A stretch of DNA of 64,000 nt from Candidatus Micrarchaeota archaeon. Lineage in GTDB: Archaea > Micrarchaeota > Micrarchaeia > Anstonellales > Bilamarchaeaceae. The notes beneath the pieces are model-generated. The model had not been told where the DNA came from. It did not search any database and was given only the letters and a program-made list of their open reading frames with translations. How positions within the stretch are numbered: position 1 is the stretch's first letter; the number at the start of each line of letters is the position of its first letter. A program made the position numbers and the translations under genes. Where the stretch lies: contig JBDRCX010000006.1 of assembly GCA_043821365.1 (NCBI GenBank), positions 64,001 to 128,000 of the forward strand. Direction: 5' to 3'. Of the stretch, positions 9,350 through 16,974 are shown one piece after another.

Positions 9350-9445
9350 GCCTCGTGATATAGGCGATGAATAGACGAATAAAGTGTCTATAAGTAAATA
9401 TATGTGGAGCGAATATTTAAATAATAAACAGAACATAATTAAAGT

Positions 9446-10102
9446 ATGAAATTTTGTGAAATGGGAGTTTATCATCATGATTGTTGGTTTACAGATGCAA
9501 TAGAAAAATTCCCAGAACTACAAGTCAAAGAAATATCTGCGCGAGTATGCAAATTAGAATCAGGGACAAAAATAAATACTGCGTGCTATCGTTTATTTTC
9601 ACCAAAAAAAGAATCACTAGATGGTTTTGTCAAGCAGATAGTTCCAAATGTATCTGGTGCTAAGCTTCTTTCTAGTGATGGTTCGGTTGCTTTATTGGAG
9701 GTATCATGGAGAGCACCAAAAACCTCCTACGATACTGTACTTGCAAGTGGATGTTCCACCACTTCATCCTGTTATGCAAAAGATGGATATGAAACATACT
9801 CATTATTCACTGAGGATCCTACGCAAATAAAGAAATTGTTTACAGATATGAATGAGATAGGCGAGGTAAAAATATTTGGCATAAAGAATGAACCAAAAAA
9901 TAATGATAATTACGGTCTAACTCCAAAACAAAGACAGGCACTGGCATCTGCAGTTTCCATGGGATATTACGAATGGCCAAAGAAGGTTAACTTAGAGGAA
10001 CTTGCATCCAGACTTGGAATCAAAAGACGTGCATTACAAGAGAATTTGAGAAAAGCGGAAGGTAGAGTGTTGCAGAAACTTTTGGATGAACTAACTAGTT
10101 AG
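9446..10102 (+). CDS. HTH_10 (bacterio-opsin activator-type HTH) regulator
   Basis: LTPKQRQAL..AVSMGYYEWPKKVNLEELA..LGI...L...LRKAE. Confidence 0.85.
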   Translation: MKFCEMGVYHHDCWFTDAIEKFPELQVKEISARVCKLESGTKINTACYRLFSPKKESLDGFVKQIVPNVSGAKLLSSDGSVALLEVSWRAPKTSYDTVLASGCSTTSSCYAKDGYETYSLFTEDPTQIKKLFTDMNEIGEVKIFGIKNEPKNNDNYGLTPKQRQALASAVSMGYYEWPKKVNLEELASRLGIKRRALQENLRKAEGRVLQKLLDELTS

Positions 10103-10866
10103 TTTTTTGCAATTATCCAAAGTGTATCAAAATATGCCCTAAAACTTTTTACTGCTTCTTCACTTTCAATCAGAAACCCTTTTGGCTCATTAGTAAAAAG
10201 TGCGATAAATGCTTTATTTTTATAGAAAACAATTTCCATATTCGTAATAAAATATTGCGGAAGAAAACGAATCTTAGATTTTTTCTGAGTAGTTGCCACC
10301 ATCTTTCCTTTGATATCAAAATTAGCAAGCATGTTCACTTTGATACCCTTTACTACCCTTCTCAGATGATGTTTATAGAAAAAATTTCTCCACATCGAGG
10401 TTATTTCATCTTTTGTTTCCTCGCCATAATAGGCTCCAATCACAAAATATTCATCATCCTTTTCCAACTCATCAACAAGATTCCTAAAGAAACTTGACAC
10501 CCCCTTAAAGCCTTCATAAAGAGTTGCGTTGGTTTTCTGCTCTGCTGCTTTTTTTTGCATTTCTAAATCAGGAAGCAGTTTCATCAGAAGTTCCCGATTT
10601 TGTTCCATACGCAAACGATTTTCATCAACATAATCCATGATTCGTTTAGGCTCCATTGCAGAGAAATGTTTTATTTTACCCTTGAGTACATGACCAACAA
10701 GACCTTTTTTTTCAAGTCGTCCCAGTATTTTGTAAACCTTGGATGATGAAACAGATGCAAGGGACGCGAGCTCTCCTGTTTTTGAACTGCCAAGTTTGAG
10801 AAGTGCAAGATAGACTTTTACCTCTCCTTTGCTCAATCCAATTTCTTCCAATAACTTCAAATCCAT
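10099..10866 (-). CDS. TrmB-family transcriptional regulator
   Basis: IGLSKGEVKVYLALLKLG...SKVYKILGRLEKKGLV; ends FDTLW. Confidence 0.88.
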   Translation of the reverse strand: MDLKLLEEIGLSKGEVKVYLALLKLGSSKTGELASLASVSSSKVYKILGRLEKKGLVGHVLKGKIKHFSAMEPKRIMDYVDENRLRMEQNRELLMKLLPDLEMQKKAAEQKTNATLYEGFKGVSSFFRNLVDELEKDDEYFVIGAYYGEETKDEITSMWRNFFYKHHLRRVVKGIKVNMLANFDIKGKMVATTQKKSKIRFLPQYFITNMEIVFYKNKAFIALFTNEPKGFLIESEEAVKSFRAYFDTLWIIAKN

Positions 10867-10901
10867 GAATATTATTGATATTTACAATTTATTAATTTTA
10901 G

Positions 10902-10936
10902 CAACTACGACCCCTCCAGGGGAAGATAGAATTAAA
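10902..10936 (+). promoter_or_regulatory. Conserved promoter element (CAACTACGA-CCCC-N4-GGGG, then purine tract and TTAAA)
   Basis: 28/35 identity, ungapped, to 15077-15111. Confidence 0.7.
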
Positions 10937-10960
10937 ATACACGCATTGGGCAGTTAGCCC

Positions 10961-12529
10961 ATGGATTTAGATATTTATAATCATTTAAACAAACAATGGA
11001 AATCAACATACAAAATTCTTCTTGGCCAAGAAGCAGATGAACTAATTGAGCATAAAGATTGGCTCTGTAGAGGTAATGGTCCAAGATTACTAAAAAAATC
11101 TTCTATTTCTGGAAAAGAAATTGTATATTCAAGTGATAAATACTCTGATAATTCAAAATGGATAGGACATGATGAAGTGGGGGGGAAATTCGAACCATTG
11201 AATATGAATGAGATCAAAGATATTGATTCTATAATAGAGGCAGTAAGAGAAAGAATAACCTATTCTGGTAGTGTTGTTCTTGGAAACTCGAAATTTGTCA
11301 AAGGTAGTACAACCATTAGTGATTGTTTTTACATTTTGGATTCAGAAAGAGTTGCATTTTCTAAAAATGTTGCGTACTCAACCAGAGGAGGGTACAGTGA
11401 GAACATATTCGGGTGTTATGGTTTCGGGCCAGTAACATTTGCAATAAAATCATATGGGATAACTGAATCAACCAGGATTTTTTTGACTTCAAAAGCAGAT
11501 TTCTCTTCGGATATTTATTATTCGCATGGGATCTCAAACTGTATGGAATGTATTTTTTCATTCAATATAAGAAGCAAAAGATATGCAATTGGAAATTTAG
11601 TTCTTCCAAAAGAAAAATATGCTTTGCTTAAAAAGAAACTTCTTGCTGAGATTGCAGAAAAATTGAAAAAAGAAAAAACACTACCATCAATTGCTGAATT
11701 GATAAAGCATGAGGGAAATCCGATAGAATTGATAGATTTAGTTGGAACCACATCGAAAACTGAAAAGGAAGACAAACAAAGAATCGAAAAAGCATTTAAA
11801 CAAACAACAGAGGTTTTGATTGGTAAACCATTGAATGGCATAGATAAATATGCAACATGGATGAAACGTGAATCAAGTGTTTTATTGAAACCGGCAAACT
11901 CATGTATATCAGGAGAACCAATCACACTACCAGATTATGCAGGATTCATTGATTACCCGGATCAACGACTATTAACCCAAGAAGAAGCATACCGAGCAGG
12001 TGAAAAACTTGCCATTATAGAGGGAGAGGCACATAAATTATCAATTGAAAACGCTTCTGTTATTCTTAGTAAAATAGCCTATTTCTGTCCGTTTTGGTTT
12101 GCAGGAAAACTTGAGAATAATATTGATTCACCATTGAACATTGATTCTAGAGATTGCTATAGTGGAATCTTATACATACGATCAAAATTATGTGCATTTT
12201 CTTTTAGCCCACGAAGTTGCGAATACTGTTTTGGTTCAAGAGAAGGAAGGCATGTTTCATTTTCCATAAATTCACATTTTTCTATGCGTGTAACCCGTTG
12301 TTTCGAAGTGGACCATTGCTCGGATTGCTCAGATTGCTATTTTTGCCACAATTGCGAAAACGTTCAAGATTCAATGTTTTGTTTTAATGTAAAGAATTTG
12401 AGAAATGCAATTGGAAATACTCCAGTTGATCGCGGATTATATCAACAAACAAAGACCAATTTGAGAGAGTGGTTAGCAGAAAAACTTGAACAGAAAAATA
12501 AGGTGGACTCAACTATTTTTTCACTCTAA
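10961..12529 (+). CDS. Cys/Ser-rich hexapeptide-repeat protein, fused A-B
   Basis: Two internal homologous units; FEPLNMNEIKDIDS; FCHNCENVQDSMFCFNVKNLRNAIGN. Confidence 0.9.
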   Translation: MDLDIYNHLNKQWKSTYKILLGQEADELIEHKDWLCRGNGPRLLKKSSISGKEIVYSSDKYSDNSKWIGHDEVGGKFEPLNMNEIKDIDSIIEAVRERITYSGSVVLGNSKFVKGSTTISDCFYILDSERVAFSKNVAYSTRGGYSENIFGCYGFGPVTFAIKSYGITESTRIFLTSKADFSSDIYYSHGISNCMECIFSFNIRSKRYAIGNLVLPKEKYALLKKKLLAEIAEKLKKEKTLPSIAELIKHEGNPIELIDLVGTTSKTEKEDKQRIEKAFKQTTEVLIGKPLNGIDKYATWMKRESSVLLKPANSCISGEPITLPDYAGFIDYPDQRLLTQEEAYRAGEKLAIIEGEAHKLSIENASVILSKIAYFCPFWFAGKLENNIDSPLNIDSRDCYSGILYIRSKLCAFSFSPRSCEYCFGSREGRHVSFSINSHFSMRVTRCFEVDHCSDCSDCYFCHNCENVQDSMFCFNVKNLRNAIGNTPVDRGLYQQTKTNLREWLAEKLEQKNKVDSTIFSL

Positions 12530-12578
12530 TGACAAATGTCAGTTCATCCTTATATCAGATAAATTTTCAGTAGATTGC

Positions 12579-14222
12579 ATGGAAGGTAGCTACAATGAAC
12601 TCAACAAAGAATGGAAAATAACATCACGACTCGTATTTGGAGGAGAAATAGGGGAACTCCAAGATTATAGAGACTGGCTCATTGAATTGAATAATCCTAG
12701 ATTTACAAAAAACTCCTCAATTTCTGGTAAGGAAACTATTTTCTCAAGTAGTGAATATGATGACCAGTCCAGATTTCTGGCTCTTGACGAAATTCCAGCA
12801 ACACAATATTTTGAACCATTGAAAAATCATCAGATTTTTCAAAATTTGAACGGTAAACCGTTCAATCCTTTGAATATCAATGAGATCAAAGATATTGATT
12901 CCATAGTAGAAGCGATCCAAGAAAGAATCTATTATTGTGGGAATATAGTTTTAGGTAATTCGAAGTTTGTTGAGAAAAGTTCAAACATAACAAACAGTTT
13001 CTATGTTTATGATTCTGTAAAAATTAGTGATTGTAAAAATATAGCATACTCACAGTATCTTCGCCTATGTGAAAATGTATTCGGAACAAATGAGGGTGGA
13101 GAATCAAAATATTGCATACGGTGTTGTATACTTTTCAAAAATGCAAGAAGTTTTGAGTTGTGGAAAAGTACTTGTTGCACAGATTGTTATTATTCATTTG
13201 GATTGAATGGGTGTAATGATGTTATTTTCTCATTTAACATCCAGGGAAAGTCCAACGTAATAGGAAATCTTTCGCTTCCAAAAGACAAATACCGTGAGAT
13301 AAAGAAAAAACTACTTGATGAAATGAGAGACGAACTTGTTAAGACTAAAAAACTACCATCACTCGTAGAGCTGACTATAAAAGAACCGGAAATCCCTGAT
13401 GGCTATGGTTTGTGTGGACAGGATAAGGAAAAAAGCAGAAGTACAGTTGATAGTGCATTTAGCAAAACTTCTGAACTTTTGTTTGGTCAACAACTTCAAG
13501 GAAAGATGGAGGATTACGATGAATGGTTACGCTCACATATAATTGTCCCATATTCTGTGAAATCAGTACTAAGCAAAAAAACAGTCCAACTTTCTCAATG
13601 GCCTGGTTTGGCTCAGTTGCCAAAAAACAGGATAGTAACTTTGAATGAGGCTAGAGAACTAGCCAAACTTATGATAACAAATGAGCAAGCAGAAAGAATA
13701 TCACTAACAAATGCATCAGATTACTTAACAAAAATAGCATATTTCCCACCTGAAGAGATGACAGGAGAAAATACAAACTTAATTGAATGTCAATGGGGAT
13801 CATCAGCAGCAAATTGCTATCGATCTGTGATATGTGTATATAGTAAAAACTGCGGTTATTGTTCCTGGCCACGAAGTTCGGAAAATTGTTTTGGCTGTGG
13901 AATTGTTTTTGACTCTAATTTTTCGATGAAATGCTATGATTCAATTAAACTTTCCAGATGTTTTGAAGTAGATGCATCATCATCCTGTACTGACACGTAC
14001 TTTGCACATAACTGTGAAAATGTACGAGACTCGATGTTTTGCTTCAATGTAAAGAATTTGAAAAATGCAATTGGAAATTGTCAACTCCAAACTGATCAGT
14101 ATAAGAGTATAAAATCATCATTACAAGTGCAACTCCATAATGGATTAGAATTAAAAAAATGTCTTGGTCTAAGTATTTTTAGTCTTAATAGAAATAAGCC
14201 ACTTAAAGCATATCCCACATAA
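12579..14222 (+). CDS. Cys/Ser-rich hexapeptide-repeat protein, fused A-B, with 17-aa insertion
   Basis: Start moved to MEGSYNELNK (12579) by alignment with paralogs; same motifs. Confidence 0.88.
   Translation: MEGSYNELNKEWKITSRLVFGGEIGELQDYRDWLIELNNPRFTKNSSISGKETIFSSSEYDDQSRFLALDEIPATQYFEPLKNHQIFQNLNGKPFNPLNINEIKDIDSIVEAIQERIYYCGNIVLGNSKFVEKSSNITNSFYVYDSVKISDCKNIAYSQYLRLCENVFGTNEGGESKYCIRCCILFKNARSFELWKSTCCTDCYYSFGLNGCNDVIFSFNIQGKSNVIGNLSLPKDKYREIKKKLLDEMRDELVKTKKLPSLVELTIKEPEIPDGYGLCGQDKEKSRSTVDSAFSKTSELLFGQQLQGKMEDYDEWLRSHIIVPYSVKSVLSKKTVQLSQWPGLAQLPKNRIVTLNEARELAKLMITNEQAERISLTNASDYLTKIAYFPPEEMTGENTNLIECQWGSSAANCYRSVICVYSKNCGYCSWPRSSENCFGCGIVFDSNFSMKCYDSIKLSRCFEVDASSSCTDTYFAHNCENVRDSMFCFNVKNLKNAIGNCQLQTDQYKSIKSSLQVQLHNGLELKKCLGLSIFSLNRNKPLKAYPT
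12819..12874. mobile_element. 51-bp in-frame double-hairpin insertion flanked by TTGAA direct repeats
   Basis: TTGAAAAATC/GATTTTTCAA (12819-12842) and TTGAACGG/CCGTTCAA (12846-12865); TTGAA at 12819 and 12870; absent from the paralogs' FEPL(N/D) motif. Confidence 0.6.
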
Positions 14223-14940
14223 ACCAAAAGAATTTTCTATAACCATCTGCCAATTGCCTACTCTTCACTACGAATTGGATTGGGTTGTCACCCAACTTCC
14301 CAACTTCAACCCCAGTAAAACTAACCACATAATCTCCAAAAATATCGATTGCAGTTGGACTTGAATATTTTTTTGGTAGGAACTTATATGGTTTCCCAAC
14401 AAATTTTAGTATCTCTGGTTTATTTTCCTTAACCTCATGATCAAATAAATGCATGAATTTTATACCGCGTTTTTTTCTTTCACTATCAAACTTTGGAAGG
14501 AAATATTGCAATCTAGGATCAAGCCAAAATGCTTTTGCACCTATGAAATAGACTGTTTCTTCTTGCTCAAGTATGTCGTTGAGGTAGTTTTTGAATCCTT
14601 CCATACCTCTATAAAAATAAGCTTCTTCATTTTCTCTAACTTTCCGATATTCTTTCTGAAGCGAAGGAAGGATAGCACCCAATTCATTTTGTCTTTCTAC
14701 AAGTATGTCTGCAAGCCTGTTTGGGTCCCTTGGGATATAATGCTTTTTTCCGGATACTACCAACTCTGATATCAGGCCTTTATCGAGTAATTTTGCGATA
14801 GAATCGTAAATGTTTCTTCTATGAACACCAGAACGTACTGCTATCTTTTCTATTGGTGCCTGGCCCATTCTGATTAATGCTTCGTAAACCTTAACCTCAT
14901 TGATTGTAAGGCCTATTTTTGCAAGTGTATCCTCGTACAT
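14203..14940 (-). CDS. TrmB-family transcriptional regulator
   Basis: IGLTINEVKVYEALIRMG...SGVHRRNIYDSIAKLLDKGLI. Confidence 0.88.
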   Translation of the reverse strand: MYEDTLAKIGLTINEVKVYEALIRMGQAPIEKIAVRSGVHRRNIYDSIAKLLDKGLISELVVSGKKHYIPRDPNRLADILVERQNELGAILPSLQKEYRKVRENEEAYFYRGMEGFKNYLNDILEQEETVYFIGAKAFWLDPRLQYFLPKFDSERKKRGIKFMHLFDHEVKENKPEILKFVGKPYKFLPKKYSSPTAIDIFGDYVVSFTGVEVGKLGDNPIQFVVKSRQLADGYRKFFWFMWDML

Positions 14941-14947
14941 AGTACTA

Positions 14948-14965
14948 TGGTGACATATGTCACCA
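14948..14965. promoter_or_regulatory. Perfect 18-bp palindrome TGGTGACATATGTCACCA, putative autoregulatory operator
   Basis: Lies between an AT-rich TATA-like tract (~14970-14980) and the TrmB start codon at 14940. Confidence 0.65.
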
Positions 14966-15076
14966 ACATTATTTAAATATGCCCAGAGCGTAATAGTTTC
15001 AGGAAGTTTGAAAAGGGAAAATCAAACAAATTAGGTGGGGAGGATTATGATTACACATATTAGATTTAGCGTAAGC

Positions 15077-15111
15077 CAACTACGACCCCCAGGGGGGAAA
15101 ATAAACTTAAA
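15077..15111 (+). promoter_or_regulatory. Second copy of the CAACTACGA-CCCC-N4-GGGG promoter element
   Basis: 28/35 identity to 10902-10936; same context (divergent TrmB and fused AB gene). Confidence 0.7.
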
Positions 15112-15155
15112 GAATAACATCTGGTGCAGTTATAAACAACAAAAAGGCGAGGATT

Positions 15156-16748
15156 ATGGATAATCTGACTACTAACGAGCTTGAGAAGAAATGGAATAGC
15201 TCTTGCAAGCTAATCTTCAATCAAGAAATCGGAGATATGAACAGTTATGAACACTGGCTTACTGAACTTGTTGAACCTATTAATTATCACAAATCAAGCC
15301 TTTCTGGAAAAGACGTCATATCTGCACCAAACGGGTACTCTAAAGAATCAAAATGGCTTGCTTTCGATGAAGTTGATTTTAACAAGAAGTTCGAACCATT
15401 GAATATCAATGAAATTAAAGATATTGATTCATTAGTTCAAGCAATTTCAGAAAGATGGTACTACTCTGGAAACATATTTTTTGGGAATTCAGCATATATT
15501 GAAAAAAGCTCTAACATAAACGACAGTTTTTACATTTTCAAGAGTGCAAGATTCGGGAATTCAAAATATCTTGCCCATTGCACAATAGGAAGACAAAACC
15601 AGGAATGTTTTGGTTGTAATGTAATCAGTGAATCAAAAAACTGTATTAAGTGTTATAGGTCTTTCCGTAATTCACGTTCATTTGAGCTTTGGATGAGCCA
15701 GAATTGCTCTGGATGTTACTACTCATTTGGATTGAATGGTTGTATTGATTGTATATTTTGCTTTAATGTTGAGAGCAGAAGACAATCCATAGGAAATCTA
15801 ACGCTTGAACGTGATAAGTACATTAGCATAAAGAGTAAGTTACTAGAAGAAATAGCAGAAAAACTGCAAAAAGATCGTAGACTCATTTCCTTATTAGAGA
15901 TAATTGACAAAGTTCCGCATAAAGGCCTTAGATTTAGTAATAAAGATGGTATAAACGAACGAAATAATATAAATAAAAACAAAATTGAAAATGCATTTTC
16001 ACAAACAACCAGCACATTATTTAGTAAAAAACTTGAAGGCATTGATGATTATTCAGATTATTTAAACAGACATATAAGAATAACAAAAAAATACTCATCA
16101 GCATTTAGTGGAGATGATCTTTTCATACCAGATTATGCAAATTATTCCAGATTACCTAAAGAAAGACTGCTTAGTTCAGGTGAGGCACACACTCATAGTA
16201 AGACGGTCCAGATAAAACCAAACGACCTAGAAAACCTAAACTTAGACAATGTGCATGAAAAAATAGGTAGGATGTGTTTTTTCAATGCTGAGATGTTTGA
16301 AGGCACGAATTTGAATATGATTGAATGTGCAGTATCTGTTGATTCAGCAGATTGTTATCGGAGTTCAGTAACAGAATACTCGAAACACTGCGGGTATTCA
16401 TTCTGGCCAAGAAGTTCCCAGTATCTGTTTGGTTGTGATTCGCCTTTTGATTCAAGTTTTTGTATTAACTGTTATTCATGCACTTCACTTATACGATGTT
16501 TTGAAGTAGACTGTAGCGGCTACTGTTCAGATCTTTATTTTGGGCATAATTGCGAAAACGTTAGAGATAGCATGTTTTGTTTTAATGTCAAAAATCTCAG
16601 AAATGCAATTGGGAATGTACCACTACAATCTGATTCTTACAAAAAAATCAAAGTAATGCTTCAGAACCAGATTCATGATGAATTACAATCAAAAAAATTC
16701 TTAGAATGGGATATTTACTCCCTGAATAGAGGTGGCAGACATGGCTAA
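15156..16748 (+). CDS. Cys/Ser-rich hexapeptide-repeat protein, fused A-B
   Basis: FEPLNINEIKDIDS; FWPRSSQYLFG; HNCENVRDSMFCFNVKNLRNAIGN. Confidence 0.9.
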   Translation: MDNLTTNELEKKWNSSCKLIFNQEIGDMNSYEHWLTELVEPINYHKSSLSGKDVISAPNGYSKESKWLAFDEVDFNKKFEPLNINEIKDIDSLVQAISERWYYSGNIFFGNSAYIEKSSNINDSFYIFKSARFGNSKYLAHCTIGRQNQECFGCNVISESKNCIKCYRSFRNSRSFELWMSQNCSGCYYSFGLNGCIDCIFCFNVESRRQSIGNLTLERDKYISIKSKLLEEIAEKLQKDRRLISLLEIIDKVPHKGLRFSNKDGINERNNINKNKIENAFSQTTSTLFSKKLEGIDDYSDYLNRHIRITKKYSSAFSGDDLFIPDYANYSRLPKERLLSSGEAHTHSKTVQIKPNDLENLNLDNVHEKIGRMCFFNAEMFEGTNLNMIECAVSVDSADCYRSSVTEYSKHCGYSFWPRSSQYLFGCDSPFDSSFCINCYSCTSLIRCFEVDCSGYCSDLYFGHNCENVRDSMFCFNVKNLRNAIGNVPLQSDSYKKIKVMLQNQIHDELQSKKFLEWDIYSLNRGGRHG

Positions 16749-16974
16749 ACAGTTATCGTCTTCATGCATACGACAACAGGATAAATATGCTGAAAGAGCA
16801 AGTTTACAAATGGGAAAGAAAACTTGGGAAACAAATAAACAGCCAGTTTTGGACCTTATCTTTTCGATGAGTTTTTGGGTACCTTTTTCCAAAAAAGGTA
16901 CAAAACCGCTCTACAGCGGCACTAGAGATATATATTTCAAAAAAGAGATAGTTGGTGTGGGAATATGGAAGTAA
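16741..16974 (+). CDS. Possible small coupled ORF or gene remnant
   Basis: GAGGTG 6 nt before ATG 16741, overlapping the upstream stop; the 3' half overlaps a promoter motif; no recognisable domain. Confidence 0.25.
   Translation: MAKQLSSSCIRQQDKYAERASLQMGKKTWETNKQPVLDLIFSMSFWVPFSKKGTKPLYSGTRDIYFKKEIVGVGIWK
16879..16901. terminator. 10-bp perfect hairpin GTACCTTTTT-CCA-AAAAAGGTAC (possible terminator)
   Basis: Perfect inverted repeat between the AB gene and the ATPase promoter; function inferred. Confidence 0.35.
16901..16919 (+). promoter_or_regulatory. Motif CAAAACCGCTCTACAGCGG upstream of the ATPase TATA-like box
   Basis: 17/19 identity to the reverse complement of 28486-28504; contains CCGCT-N4-AGCGG. 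Confidence 0.7.
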
